Below are positions 12,040-26,290 of a stretch of 64,000 bases of DNA, piece after piece. Numbering within the stretch: the stretch's first letter is position 1; every line of letters begins with the position of its first letter. The notes under the pieces were generated by a model. The model saw only the letters and a program-made list of their open reading frames with translations, searched no databases and was not told the DNA's origin. Source of the stretch: the human T2T-CHM13v2.0 reference genome, Homo sapiens; NCBI RefSeq assembly GCF_009914755.1, contig NC_060933.1; one strand, 5' to 3'. Both the position numbers and the translations under genes were made by a program.

Positions 12040-15000
12040 TGACTACTGGGTGGTTGATGCCTATTGGGCAGAGTAAGATACGCTAAGGGAAACATGGTTC
12101 TACTCAGCTGCAACGAGTGGGCCTTAAAAGGCAGAATGATTTCTCATCTTAGCTTATCTTGGTGATCACTGTCCCTGAGCTGCTGTCTGCATAATTGAAA
12201 GTATGGCCTGTTTAGGTGAGACAGAGTGAGGCTTTCCAGGAAACAACACTGTGAGACCGTGGCAGGCAACGGAGCAGGAGGCAATGAGATGTCTATCAGC
12301 AGAAGGTAGATTCCATCACTCAGGACTGTCCATGCAATGGCAGAGGATAAAAAATATGCGTCAGAAGATCCCTTCTAGTCTGTGAGTTTATAATTGTTTA
12401 AACAAGCCTTTGAAACTATAGGACACAATTCAAGGGCCCTATGATGTGGGTAGTTTGTTCATAGCTTTTAAATATAAGTGACAATGATAGTGCCAGACCA
12501 GAGAGTATCTAGGAAGTACCTACATGGAGGCCTTTACTCTGCTACAAGCCAGAAATTTATTTCAGGAAATGTATTGGTAACAAGATAAGATTATCCAAAT
12601 ATATCCTCTGAGATAACATAGATGGATGGAAACTTGTGGATAAGACAGTTCCATTTCAAATTCATCCTCAGCATCTCCATTCACATGACTGTCCTTTCTC
12701 TCATGTCTCAGCAACCAAAGTTATCGCTTCATTTTGTAGGGGAACACAATGAGGTCATGACATAGGAAATAGGGAGGACTTCTAAATACCATCAGGTTCA
12801 GAGATGGCAAACACATGACCCTTCTGTTACAACTCCTCCTCCAACACTGAAGGTGGGCAAATGAGTTCATCATGATGCTTTCCCCAGCTGAGTCTGTTTG
12901 TAGTCTCAGAAACCTTCCCAGCATAATATCTTAGGCAGCCCCTAACCATGTATCTGAGTTGGCATGTAGGCTCGGTTAATGGCTGCCGTCTTTGATTTAG
13001 TCCAACCTGTTAGATGAATAAACTTAAACATTCAGGGAGAATTTTGAAGACATGGGTTGGAATAGATTTGCAGTTCATGGTCCTCTCAATTATTTCCATG
13101 GCTGTATCTGTACATGGTGACCCTGTCCCCTAATGATAAGCCAGGGTTGGACTCCTAACATGTGACAGACTTCTCTAGGATTTTTCGAAAGGAGACTCAG
13201 GGAAGAGAACTATTTCTCCCTGGTGGTAAGAGTCACAAAGAGCTTGGGGAGTCATGATTATCACAACCCCTATCATGACAAGATGGGGAGTACAGAAAGA
13301 AAGTGGTTGTACAATAGAAGAGAATGAAGCCATCATGGAATGATACAGAGAGGAAAAACAGAATCCTAATATTATCTAACTCCCTCAACTTTCCTCATTC
13401 CTGTGGCTGAGCTGATCTCTTTCCCTTTCCATGATGTCATTCCAATAGAGTTGCCATTAAGCTAACTTGAATTGGGCCTCTGTCCCCTGAATCCCAAACC
13501 ATCCTGATTCATACAGAGCAGAAAGGGCTTCCATGCAGGAAGTGAGGGAGAAGCCATGGAATGATGAATGGGTAGATGGATGGGGTCTTGAGGTCAGAAG
13601 TCTATGTTCAAATTCTAATTCATCCCTTTACCATCTGTGCTTCCTAAGGCCTTAGAATGTCAGCTTCCTCATCTGTGAAATGGGAGATAAAAATAGCTTC
13701 AACTTCAGAAGATGGCTGTAAAGATCACTTACAGGAAGCTGAGCGGGAGGCCTCTGCCCAAAATGCTGCTTATCACTATCTCCAGTTTGGGGTCAGGCTT
13801 CAAACCCAGGTATACTAACCCCCAGCCCAGTATACATGCCCAAAATCATACTTTCATGTGTCTCTCTCTTTCATCTAAAGATCTGTAGACGTGTCTCAAC
13901 ATCAGAAGTCCCCTTTTAAAAGTGTTTAACTTCTAATGCAGATATAACAACTCATTTCTCAGTTTCACTGTATCTGCAAAGCTTTCTATAATTCAACATC
14001 AAATATTTATTATTACATTTATTAAAGTTTTAATAATTTAGCATTTCCTGCATGTAAGATAGAAGCTTAGCTAACTGGTTCCCCTTTATCCAGCCTGGGT
14101 CACTTCAATATTTATATTCCAAAGTCTCCATTTCAGTTTCATTTAGCAGAGGCTGTGTCTTGAGCCCTCTATCTGAGCTGACAGTTGGTGCATGCTACAG
14201 TCTCCCCAGTGGCAAAGACTTACAGAAATTTGGTGCTGAACAATGTTTGAAGAGATTTACTGAGCCTGGGCAGAAACTCATCCTAATAGACTTCACTTTT
14301 ATTATGATTGCTAAGGTAAAATGGGGAAAAATATATATGTCTCCAGGCTCACTGGCTGAATGACAGGTAGTGGGGCTGGAAAGAGTGGAGGGCATAGAGT
14401 ACGTCCACCTGGGAGGAAGTGTGGTGGCCTTTTATAGTAATGTTTCTCAGACGGGCCTCATTTTCTTTAAAAAAAAAAAAAAGGAGGGATGTGGAGGTAC
14501 CACGAAAATGCTAATGCCCATATTCCATGAACCTAGCTGTGAGTTACCCACACTCTTTCCCCTTCCCCATTTGATATTTCACCTTCCACTTGCATAAAGA
14601 ACACACACACTTAATAGACCAAATGCTCAACAAAGACCAAGATATAAAGTCCAATGAACCTATTCCTCCATCTTACAGAGAATGCCCCTTCTTCAACAAC
14701 AGCCAACATTTACTGAGCACTCACAAAACATCCTGAGTTGAAATCCTGATTCGGCCACATACTACCCATGTGACATTGCATGAATGACTTAACATCTTTG
14801 TGCCTCAGTTTCCTCATCTGTAAATAACAATAACTACATCACTGAGTTGTTGTGAGGAGTCAAAATGAAAACATGTACAGCACTTAAGACATTGACACCA
14901 AGCAAGTGTGATCAATAAATGTTAGTCATTAGTATTGATGACTATGGGGCTAAAAGTTTAAGTGTTATCTCATTCCATTCTCAAAAAAACATTCAAAGAT

Positions 15001-16246
15001 AGAGTGTTAGTTATCATTCAGATAGGAAACTGAGGCTCACAAAGTTTACCTTACCCAAGGTCAGCTAGTCAGTGGTGGAGCTGGGATTTGAGACTAAGCA
15101 GTTTGGCTCCAGTATCCATGCTATTCACTTCGCCCAATACCTCTTCTGTGTTTCAAGCAGGTAAGTGGGTTCCCTATTGAAGTTCTGTCACCCTTTGGGA
15201 AAGGAACATTTGTGTGAGTAATAGGTGAGAAAAGGAAAAGTTTAGAGGAAGCATGATGGACTTGAGAGTCTACCTGAAGAAGCCACCCTTCTATCAACAT
15301 CCCTACTGAAAAGGAAAGCACACTTCTAGGTTGCCTACAATGTGTGCACACATATGCACACATAACACGCATGCACTCATTAATGAAAGCTTGTAAGAGA
15401 GCTGCAAGGGCAAGAAGTCAGTTTTGCTCACCTCCAACAGGACAGAGATATCTTGAATATTAAATGATGTAAGACCGGTATCAAGGGCCTTCCCCCCATA
15501 CTCTGCTGCCGGGATCCTTCTCAAGCCAAGTGCCCCCATGCAATTCATCGAGTGACTGGCCCCGACTCCAGCCTACTCCACGTGTCCTGCTGCCCCAACC
15601 CTCCCTTCTGCCATCAATGCTCCTGCCATCAATGCACAATGTGATCCAGAGAAAGGAGGCACACATCCCTTCTTTATACCGCTCTGAACCATGAACTACA
15701 TCTTTTAATCACGGACACACTGCATCACATGGTTGCTTCCTTAACTGTACTACAATTCTACAATTCCTACTGCTTCTAAAACTTCTCATTCATTGAATAT
15801 CAGTTACATGTAATATGCTGTACTAGTAACCCTATACACATTATGTTATCCTAATAACCACCGTATGAGAAAAACACACAAATCTCCAACTTCCTGGTTC
15901 TGACATTGAGGCTCGAAGAGGTGAACAAACTTTGCTCAAGTTAATTCTACACTCTTTCCTACTCCTTCTTCTCTTTCTGGTTTTTCTACTTCTAGAGCCT
16001 AGCACAATGTTCATTACACAGTGAAGTACCTGGTGTGCATTTGTTGAGGATTGCACCTGAAGATGTATGGCCCATGTTTCCAGAATGCACTGTATCTGAC
16101 TAGGGGTACTGCCTAGTCCCAAGCCAGATTCCAGTATCTGGAGCAGTCACACAGGAACATCTGTTGGGGACCCTGGAGCAGTGAATGAATACACTACCCT
16201 AAAGTGCTCCAAGAGTCATTGCTGACTCTGCTAGCCCAGGTGGTTA

Positions 16247-16687
<441 letters not shown>

Positions 16688-17509
16688 TTAGGCATGCCAC
16701 ACTTTGCCAGTTCAAGGTCCTGTGCCTTGCCCATGAATAAAACATCTCTGGGTTTTTCTTATCCAACATCTATTTGCTACCTGTCCTGCTTTTTCACTGG
16801 GGAACTATCCTACCTGTGATCTCAATCCAGGGGTTAAGGTGCTCCTCATTCAACCCTGGTTTCAAGGGTAAGTTGGTGACCCAGGTCTGCCTACTTAGAA
16901 CACTTTGTCTCTTGAGAGATTGATGTGGGATATTGGCAAAGATCCCAAAATAGGCCAAAGAGAGGCACCATAGCTTAGAGATGAGGAACATGAACTCAAG
17001 AGTCAGACTCTCAGATTCCAAACCTGGTTCTATTACTTACTGGCTGTGTGATCTTGGGCAAGGTACATAATCCTCTTTGTGCCTCAGTTTCCTCATGCAT
17101 TAAATGGAGCTAATAATGAGTAAAGACTAAATGAACTTATTTCAGTAAAGCACTTGGAACAGTGCCACCTAAGGATGTGTGATTATTGCTGTTCCTCAGT
17201 GCCAGGACTTCTGCATAAACCATTGGGAAAGGGGGCATCTCATTACTCTGGCAACGCTTAATTGTGGTTGTAAGCCTGGAGAGGTCAGTGAGAGTGTGCC
17301 TGAAAAAGAAAAACAGAAAAACAGAGTGCACCAGAGAAACACAGAGATGAGGGACGAAAAGAAACAGGAATAGTGAGTCCCAACATTTGGGAGCATATAA
17401 ACCTTACTATGCCAAAAGCCATTGGCACTCTGGAGTTTTCAAGCCCTGATATCTTTTGTTTTCTACTTAAGACTAAGTAGGTGATCCATTCCTTGTTTTG
17501 CTACCTAGT

Positions 17510-18140
17510 GCATTTGTACTCAAACTTTAATGAGCATTAGAATCACCTGAGGACTTCTTAAACCAGAATTCTGGGCCCACCTCCAAAATACCTAATTTAG
17601 TAGGTATATTATTACATAGTTTCTGTGGCTGCTGCAACAAATCACCACAAACTGGGGCAGCTTCAAACAACCAGAAATCTGAAATCGGTATCCCTGGGCC
17701 AAAATCAAGGTGTCAGCAAGGTGGTCCTCCCTCTGGAGCCTCTGGGGAACAATCTTTTCTTTGCCTCTTTCAGCTTCTGGCGGCAGCTGGCATTCTGTGG
17801 CTTGTGATTGCCTCACTCCAGTCTCTAATTCCATCTTCAAATTATGTCTCCACTGTGCATGTCAAATCTCACTGTGCTTCTTTCTTATAAGGGTACTCAT
17901 TATGGTGTTTCAGACCTGTCCAGATAATTCAGAATAATCAACCTATGACAAGATGCGGCATAACATCTGCAAAGACCCCTTTTCCAAATAACATAATATT
18001 TATAGGTTCTAGGAGTTAAGATCTGATGATACCTTTGGGGATCATTATCAGTCTACACTAGATATGAGAATTTACATTTCTAATAAGTTTCTAGGTCATG
18101 CGAATGCTACTGGTCCAGGGAATACACTTTGAAAACCAGT
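17510..18140. mobile_element. MLT1 (MaLR) LTR at about 17610-18060 nested inside a split MER5A
   Basis: MER5A halves 'attagaatcacctgagg...ctgggcccacc' and 'gaatttacatttctaataagtt...cactttgaaaacc' flank MLT1 'ggctgctgcaacaaatcaccacaaact...aatcaaggtgtcagcaagg'. Confidence 0.8.
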
Positions 18141-19749
18141 GAGCTAGTGACTTCCTGCTAACACTTCAAAATTTGGCATAGAAGTTTTGAGTCCTTTCTT
18201 TTAACCTCCAGGTGGGTTTGACCACCTCTGACTTTGTGTCTTTTTTCTGCCTTGAACTTTCCCTCTATTCTTCTTCAACTGTCAAAAAGTATGACATTTT
18301 TTGTTTGCAATTTTGACTCATTTAAAGCACTGAAATCTTTGTCTTATTTTTATATCTCTATTACTTAGTTTAAAATATGGTAGGTGTTCAGTAAATTCTC
18401 AGTACTTGGAATTGAAAGGCCAAAAGAACAAGGAGACATTCCTAATTCTATTCAGAACTAACTCAATGTGAAAACTATCACCAAGTGAGCCATGCCAGCT
18501 TGCACTCTGATATCCCATTATTCTTTCAGCGTTGTTCAGGAATTAACAGTATTTCACCATTTCATTTTCGTTGATTTGAGATCACAGAAAAATGACTGAG
18601 GCGCTCCAAAAGCTGAGCTTTGTGGGTGATTATTATTCCAACTATAATAGCTATTCTCACATTTATCTTATAAGAACCTGCTCCAGGTGAAATTGTGAAG
18701 AAGGCCCAGTATGCAGTAATAAGTGTTGTTTGCCATGCTTCTCCCTCCACAAGCATCTTTTATTCCATCTCTCAAGTTGGTCTCTTGTTTCATGCTCCTT
18801 GCTATACCATGAAACTCCTGAAAGCAGAGGTGGGCTGTATTTATCTCTGTATTCCTGTGGTATATGGCATAGTATCTGGTACACAGGAGGGATCCAGCTA
18901 AGATTTTTCAGAATTAAAATATATCTGTATGCAATTCAGCTAGAGATTTGCTCTTCCACCTTTGTAGCTGGCATCGTTAGTGTCTCAAATGCTAAAATCT
19001 CATTCCCAGCAGCTTCCTGCTAGGATAGGCTGGAGAATGGGAGCTGTCCAGGGGAGAGTTTTATTTTGCCCTTCAACCCCTCACACTTGAAAGCCTTCCC
19101 CCTCACCTTAGATTGCACAAAGTCAAAGCTTAGCTACAGTTTTTGAAAAATTGGCAATGTTCTCTCTCTTGAAAATATTTGCTTAATTCCCTCAGTCGGA
19201 TACATCTTCTTTCTTTTCCAATCCTTTCCAGTCCCCTAGGGCACTCTATGTTTACCACACATGTGACTCTTCATTCATTCTGTAACCATGTCCATGTACA
19301 TAAAGCCACAGACCTAGCATACTGAACTAGAATTTATAGACTCATTTAAGTCTTCCTCAAAGCCCATGACAAAGTGGTTAATATGAATCCTCAACACTGA
19401 GCAACTATCGATTTTCAGTTGCACCATAGGTCGTCTTTAGCCTTTCAGCGAAAACACGAGAAAATAATGAAAAGATAAAGAGAACAAAAGCCACTATGTT
19501 ACAATAATGAGCATGATAACTAATGCTTCTAAAGAGTTCACCAGGTAGCAAACTCACTGCTTTACATGTAATATGTCACTTAATCTTCATCACTCCATAT
19601 ATGATATGAGATTTTTATTTCCATTATTCTCAAGGGGAAACCACAACTCCAGAAAAACTCCTGCAGCAAGCAAGTGATGGAGTTAAGATTTGCACTCAGC
19701 CAATTTGCTTGAGGTCCATAGCCTATGCCCTCAGACAATAAACTTTATG

Positions 19750-20455
19750 TTTAATCAAAATATAGAATACATAGAGAAAAGTGTGAAGCTCAGTGAATTT
19801 TCACAGAGTTAAAACACTCATGTAACCACCACCCATAACAATAAATCAAACATTATCAGCATCACATAAGCCCACTTGTAGTTCCCCATGTCACCACCCT
19901 TTCCATCACCCAGAAGTAATCTCTATCCTTTCTTCTAACATCATAAATTAGTTTACTCATTAATGAAACTAGTTTTTTTTTGTTTTTATATAAACATATG
20001 ATATTATTTTGTGTCTGGTTTCCAAAATTCTATATCATATTTGTTAGATTCATCCAAGGTGCTATGTATGGTTACTGTGTTCTTTCATATTCATTATTAA
20101 TGGCATTCCATTGTGTTATTATTCCATAATTTATTTATCTACTTTTTCGCTGATGGGTATTTGTATTTTTTTTTCTAGCTTTCTAGCAGTACAAATGAGT
20201 GCTTCTATTCGTATTTTTGTAAGTCCTACTTGTGGCACACATTTACATATTTCTGTTATACATATCCTTATGGGTGAAACTGATGAGCTATAGAAGATAT
20301 ATACCTCCAACTTTAGTACATAACACTCCACAGGTTTACATAGTGGTCATACTTATTTATATTCTCACTATAAAAATATGAAAGCCACAGTTGTTCCATA
20401 TCCTTCCTAACATTTGTTATCATTAGTTGTTTTAAATTTAGCTGCCTTGGTAAGT
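19750..20455 (-). mobile_element. L1ME-like fragment
   Basis: 'agtgaattttcacagag...catgtaaccaccaccca', 'agattcatcca', 'cattccattgtg'. Confidence 0.7.
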
Positions 20456-21068
20456 CACAGCCTGTACATTTAACTACTAAGTTGTTCTGCCTACTGTAGT
20501 GTGAGTTCTCATACTTGTCCAAGAATTTATCACAGATTAGAAATCAAAGAATCAACTTGCAGTGCACGTTCAAGTTTTCCTTTCCAATCCTACTGTAATG
20601 CTTACCTTCCGTTTCCCTTTGACTCTGCTTTTCCACGTAGTCTTTCCTCTAATCTCTTTGTTGTGATTCCAGGGCAGTATTATTGGCTATCTATAATTAT
20701 GATCTATTATTTATTAAATTTCCAACATACCATCTGACTGGAACTTATTAATTCTCTAAATGCCCATGATATGCTTGCCTGGGCAATGTCATGTCAAACA
20801 AGGTTTATTAGTGCAGCTTGGAAAACTCAATCTACATAGTGCAGATTCTCTCAAATGGTGATGATTGCAATCTTTTATCCCCTATTGCAGATCAGGGATT
20901 GAAATGTGGCTTCATCTCTTACTAGTGAAGGCATTACCTCTATGCCTCAGGTTTGTTTATTTATTTTTGAATCTGAAAAATGAGCATCACCTCATGGAGC
21001 TGATGTAAGAATGTAATAATATTAGTGAAGTATTCGGCACTTACTTAGAAAATGATCGATGATATGAA

Positions 21069-21092
21069 CTATTATTATTATTATTATTATTA
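21069..21092. repeat. (TAT)n trinucleotide repeat between two MIRs
   Basis: Directly visible. Confidence 0.9.
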
Positions 21093-22263
21093 CCCTCTGT
21101 GAGGAAGGCACTGTTATTATCCCCATTTTGCAGACAAATAAATGAAAACGTAGAGAATTAAACTTGGCCACCATGATCACACAGTTCACACTTGGTAGAG
21201 ATGGAATTCTAAAGCAGCCCTATCCAACTCCAGAGTATGTGTTACCATCAGCCAGTCTGAGAGAGCTGCATCATCTGAATCTTCATTGAAATCATGGATG
21301 CAATGTCAACAGGACAGAACTATGAGGAAAGCTAGTCAAGACTTTCTTTTCAGCTGATTTCAAACGAGGTAACTGTGTCTTTTTGAGAATAGTCTTTTAA
21401 ACCAGATGGTCCTTGCTTTATCTTTAAAATATATAATGCAGAGAGAACTTAGCACATGCTTTACTAAAATCTCATATACTTCAATTCTATCAAAAATGAA
21501 AACAATGGTAAATATCGATGAATCAGTATGTGAATGTGTGTGTGAAGCTATTTTAGTTCCTAGTAATCACTATTTCATATCCTAAGTGCCATCTCTTTAT
21601 AAATCTATTCTTTTTAAAACATCCTCTTTTGGGAAATGCTAATAGCCTAGAAAAGCATGATAAGTTCATCCCTCCCAGTGAAAGCTGACAAGGTGAGAGT
21701 AAAAACATCTTAAAGTAAGAGAGTTGGGTTCTAGGAGCTTTCTGTCAAGATGCCATAGAAATACTGATAGCATTGTGATTTAGAATGACCCAAAGGCAAC
21801 TATGGAGCTGTTGAAAAACAGTCACTGGTAGTTAGGGGGTCCATGATTTAATTCTAGTTCATGAGCCAATAAGCTGTGTACAAATCAGTTTTAGAAGTAA
21901 AACTACTCTATTCTTGGTAACATCAGAATTTCTAGAATGCTTCCCCTAATCAAATTGGGAGAAATAAATCCTCCACTGGAAAGCTCCAGAACAGTGCTAA
22001 GATCAGATCTAAGACCACAGACTTAATTAAATCAATAAACATTTAATAGATGTCCAATATGTACTAGGAGCTGGGGATTAAAAAGCTAAATAAGTTATTT
22101 TCCTTGACCTTGAGAAGTGCACCATAATGGGGCAGAATGATATGTAAGCATCTAATTAGTATGAAGTAGAGTAAGTCTATAATGAAGTTAGCTACAAGCT
22201 GCAGGATAATGTAAAGTGAAATGTAGTCTCCGTGGTTTTATAAGTTAAGAACAAAAGATTTAG

Positions 22264-22572
<309 letters not shown>

Positions 22573-22971
22573 TTTAGCCTGGACATTTAAAATTCATAAA
22601 TTAGCCCAAAGCACATCCCATGGACTACAACAGAAAACATCCCATTTTCTAAATTTTTGCCTTTGTGACTCTCCAACATACTGTTAAGTAAAGATAAGAT
22701 CATTAATGATCCCATGATGAGCTAGATAATGCATCAGCCTCTTTTATATTTAATATAACCAAAAAGGAAAGCAATAGTGTTGAAACGTAAGGCATTGAGA
22801 CACAGTGATGGAGGTCACATCTAAGAGTTTAGGAGCATGGCATATTTGACAGTGTTCTTCACATCAACTAAACAGCAAGAACACTCCTTAGGGGTTCCTG
22901 TGGTTCTCCAACAGGGGGACTTCCAAGGTTTTAAGAAGTACCTATGCAGAGTACTGGAGATGATTCCCTAC

Positions 22972-23109
22972 CTGACATCTGCAGGGTCTTCCGTGACGAG
23001 CACATCGGTCTTGCAGCTGGCCAGGGGGTTGATGGACAGCTCCACAGGCGGAACCACAAAGCTTTTGCTGACAGGAAGCCAGAGGCCTTGGCCCAAGCTG
23101 AAAGTAGAC
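22972..23109 (-). CDS. ASTN2: ASTN2 coding exon, 138 nt, phase 2-2 (probably exon 10)
   Basis: cttacattgcag|GTCTACTTTC...GATGTCAG|gtaggg. Encodes (R)[45 protein letters not shown](R), visible in ORF 22968..23186. Confidence 0.97.
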
Positions 23110-23877
23110 CTGCAATGTAAGAGTTTCCATTGGGGAACTCCCTGGGAAGCAGAGAGCAAACAGAAAAAAGGGGCCCCTGTTCCCATCCCTTCTAGGGCAA
23201 TTTCCTACTTCTCCATCCATATCCCCAGCATTATTTAAGGAACAATGTTGGCCAACTTTCTCCAGACCTGGATGATCATTTCTCAAATCTGTTAAACATT
23301 TAGCTCATGAATTGCTTTGTGTTGCTAAGTTCCTTTTCCTGATTTACTAGTGGACTCTGTGAGGATAGGGACCATTGCCGCTCTGATTTTCCAGCAGTCC
23401 TGACATACAGCAGGAGTTCCATAAGCGACTGCTATGTCAGCAGGGACAGTCTGGCACAAAGGTTAAGAGCACGGACTTTGAATCAGTTTGAACTAAAATT
23501 TGATTCCCAGTTCTGCCACTTAATTTGCTGTATGTCTTTATCTACATGTTCATTGAAGTTTTACACAAGATTTTGTGGAGGTGGTGGGAAGAGGTTCTAT
23601 GGTTACAGAGTATTTTTAAACCACTGGACTTAATAATCAGTAATGTCTCCTCCAGTTCAAGTATCTGAGTCTATAAGTCTAGCTGCCAGACAAATGGGAA
23701 TTAGATTCCCATAGCAACCTGCGCCATGATGGTACATTAGTGCCAGGGAGAGTTCTTTTGTACTCAGTGCAGCTCAGAAGTGCACAGGCTCAATAGTCTA
23801 AGGATCCATGACCACATCTTCCTATCAGTCCTTTCTCCATTTCCCAGAATTATGCCCCAACAAGAAAGCCAACTCAC

Positions 23878-23952
23878 CTGAGAATCTTTTCAGGGGCTTG
23901 CTCCCCTGTCACCAGATCATAGCCCCTCTCAAGTGTCGTGTAGGGCCAAGGT
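23878..23952 (-). CDS. ASTN2: ASTN2 coding exon, 75 nt, phase 2-2 (probably exon 9)
   Basis: ccttcttcccatag|ACCTTGGCCC...ATTCTCAG|gtgagt. Encodes (G)PWPYTTLERGYDLVTGEQAPEKIL(R). Confidence 0.97.
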
Positions 23953-24464
23953 CTATGGGAAGAAGGAGAGGGGAGAGAAGATGACATTAGTCAGAGGCAG
24001 GTAGAATTCACATGTGGACACTGCTCTAGAGTAGCTTTACAAACAACCAAACTCTGCAGAAATAATTATTGGGCAAGACTACTTATATTATAAAAGAATG
24101 TCTCCAATTTACAGAAGGATTCAGCACTTTCATAAAGTATGCATGTCCATTCAGGAGTCTGTTTAAAAATGTTCTTCTTTTCTTTGGCAGTCCACTTAAG
24201 AAAGTGTTCATTGATTACTTTGTTTGGACAGGTGACTTAAATGTCAGCCTTTGTTCTCTAGAATATTCACCAATCATGTACCTTTAATACTAAAATGTGA
24301 TTCCATGGGAAAGTAGGATTCACTTCCCATTGGGTTTTGCAGGAACACTACTGTTGCAGAGAAAGAGTCCTCTTTGTGGAGATGCTTGGGGCCTCTGGTA
24401 ACAGAACAGAGGAGGTAAAAGTGGGTCCTGCACTGTCCTGGACCTGATGCCCTTTGCCACTCAC

Positions 24465-24549
24465 CCTTCACTCTGTCCCCAGTCACTGCGCACACACAGG
24501 TGTCTGTGAACAGGGTCAGGGGCATAGCCTTCATGACAGCTGCACTCTC
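24465..24549 (-). CDS. ASTN2: ASTN2 coding exon, 85 nt, phase 1-2 (probably exon 8); EGF-like repeat
   Basis: ttttcacttacag|GAGAGTGCAGC...AGTGAAGG|gtgagt. Encodes (G)[27 protein letters not shown](G). This frame is not in the ORF track. Confidence 0.97.
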
Positions 24550-25467
24550 CTGTAAGTGAAAAGAAAAAAGATTATTGTTAAGTAGAGTCTCCCCAAATAG
24601 GCTTTTCTCTGGTTTGCTTGTTTTCCTAAGACATAAAGTGAGCTGCTTAGTTTTAGAAAAGGCACATGGAAAGAGGGTAATCTTGTCCATCAACCACTGT
24701 GGTTAACAGAGTTTATTCCTTTGTTCATTCACTCATTTATTCCTTCAACAAATCCTGGCCACACTCGTACAGGTGCTCAGCTCAGCACTGGAGATACAGA
24801 GGTCAAAGTTGCAACCCAGCCGCTAAAGGAGCTCACAACTTAAGACAGGGAAACAGGAAGTGATCAGGTGGCTACAAATGGAGGTCTTCTTTTCAAATAT
24901 TAAAATTATGATAAAATGCATTTACTCTAGAGGTATAATCAGAAAATTGAATTATCTCCATCTGAATGAATAGGTCTTCACCATCCATAAATCCCAAGTT
25001 AAATGCCGCTATCTCCAAGAAACCTTTGATTTCCCCTTTCAGAAAAACCTGTCTGTAGTCTCCTGGTTTTATTTTGTGTTGTTTTTCATTTTTAAATTAT
25101 TTTTCCTCTCCTCCCCTTCCTTCTACTGCCATCTCTTCTCTTGTCCTCTTTTCTCCTCTCCCTCTCTCTTGCCATTCTTTTTCATTTCTTTCCCTTCCAT
25201 CCATTCATTCATGAATCAATCCATCCATCCAACCATCCATTATTTTTTTTTCTGGCCATGCCTTACGCTTGGTTGCATGAATGCTTGCTAGCATTACACA
25301 CTGCCTTAAGTATATTCTCTCATTGGCCAAGTTCATTTCAAGTGGCCAGCATATGTCCAATTTCCTAGCATATCTTCAGAGTCCAGAATCCTAGAAGTGA
25401 TTTCAGAATCTCTCTGTCCTACTCCCAGCTGTTGTCATATCTGCTCTACTGTATACTTAAGGTATAG

Positions 25468-25791
<324 letters not shown>

Positions 25792-26203
25792 TGATTTAAT
25801 GAGTTACTGCTTTTTTCTCCAAGGTTTATTTGTGAGATGCTTAAAGATGCTGTACCAAAAACAGATTCTATTTAAAAATGTGTTTGGGTAATACCACCCC
25901 ATTCCTCAAAGCCAGTGTAGTGTGATTCTCCATGAGGGTGATACATACACAATTTTCACCAACTTATTTTTCTTTGGGAGCCTTGTTGGTGGAATGACTC
26001 ACAGGATTATAATTCTATGGAACACCTCTAGGGAAATGCTAGTAGGAACCGCCCTGACTTTGCTTACTGCCTAGAATAGGGTCAGTGCTTAACAATGTGA
26101 GTTGAATGAATAATTAACTATCTGTTATTGCTCTGGTAAATTTCCAGGCTAATGATGTTGGCTTGTCTTCTTTCTCATCTTCTTGTAATCACATTATCTC
26201 ATT

Positions 26204-26253
26204 ATCTCTCTCTGTATCTCTCTCTGTATGTATCTCTCTCTCTCTCTCTCTCT

Positions 26254-26288
<35 letters not shown>

Positions 26289-26290
26289 AG
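26204..26290. repeat. (TC)n(CA)n compound microsatellite
   Basis: Directly visible. Confidence 0.95.

Noticed and set aside
15607-15636. Short tandem duplications (ctgccatcaatgc x2; also gtcaggggcaga x2 near 39386)
   Set aside because: Ordinary slippage events with no further structure.
22837-23286. 133-aa plus ORF and 114-aa minus ORF over the 138-nt exon
   Set aside because: Antisense and alternate-frame shadows of a GC-rich coding exon, with no independent evidence.
24274-24693. 139-aa minus ORF across the 85-nt exon
   Set aside because: Wrong frame for ASTN2; the true frame (ECSCHEGY...) is set by the splice phases.
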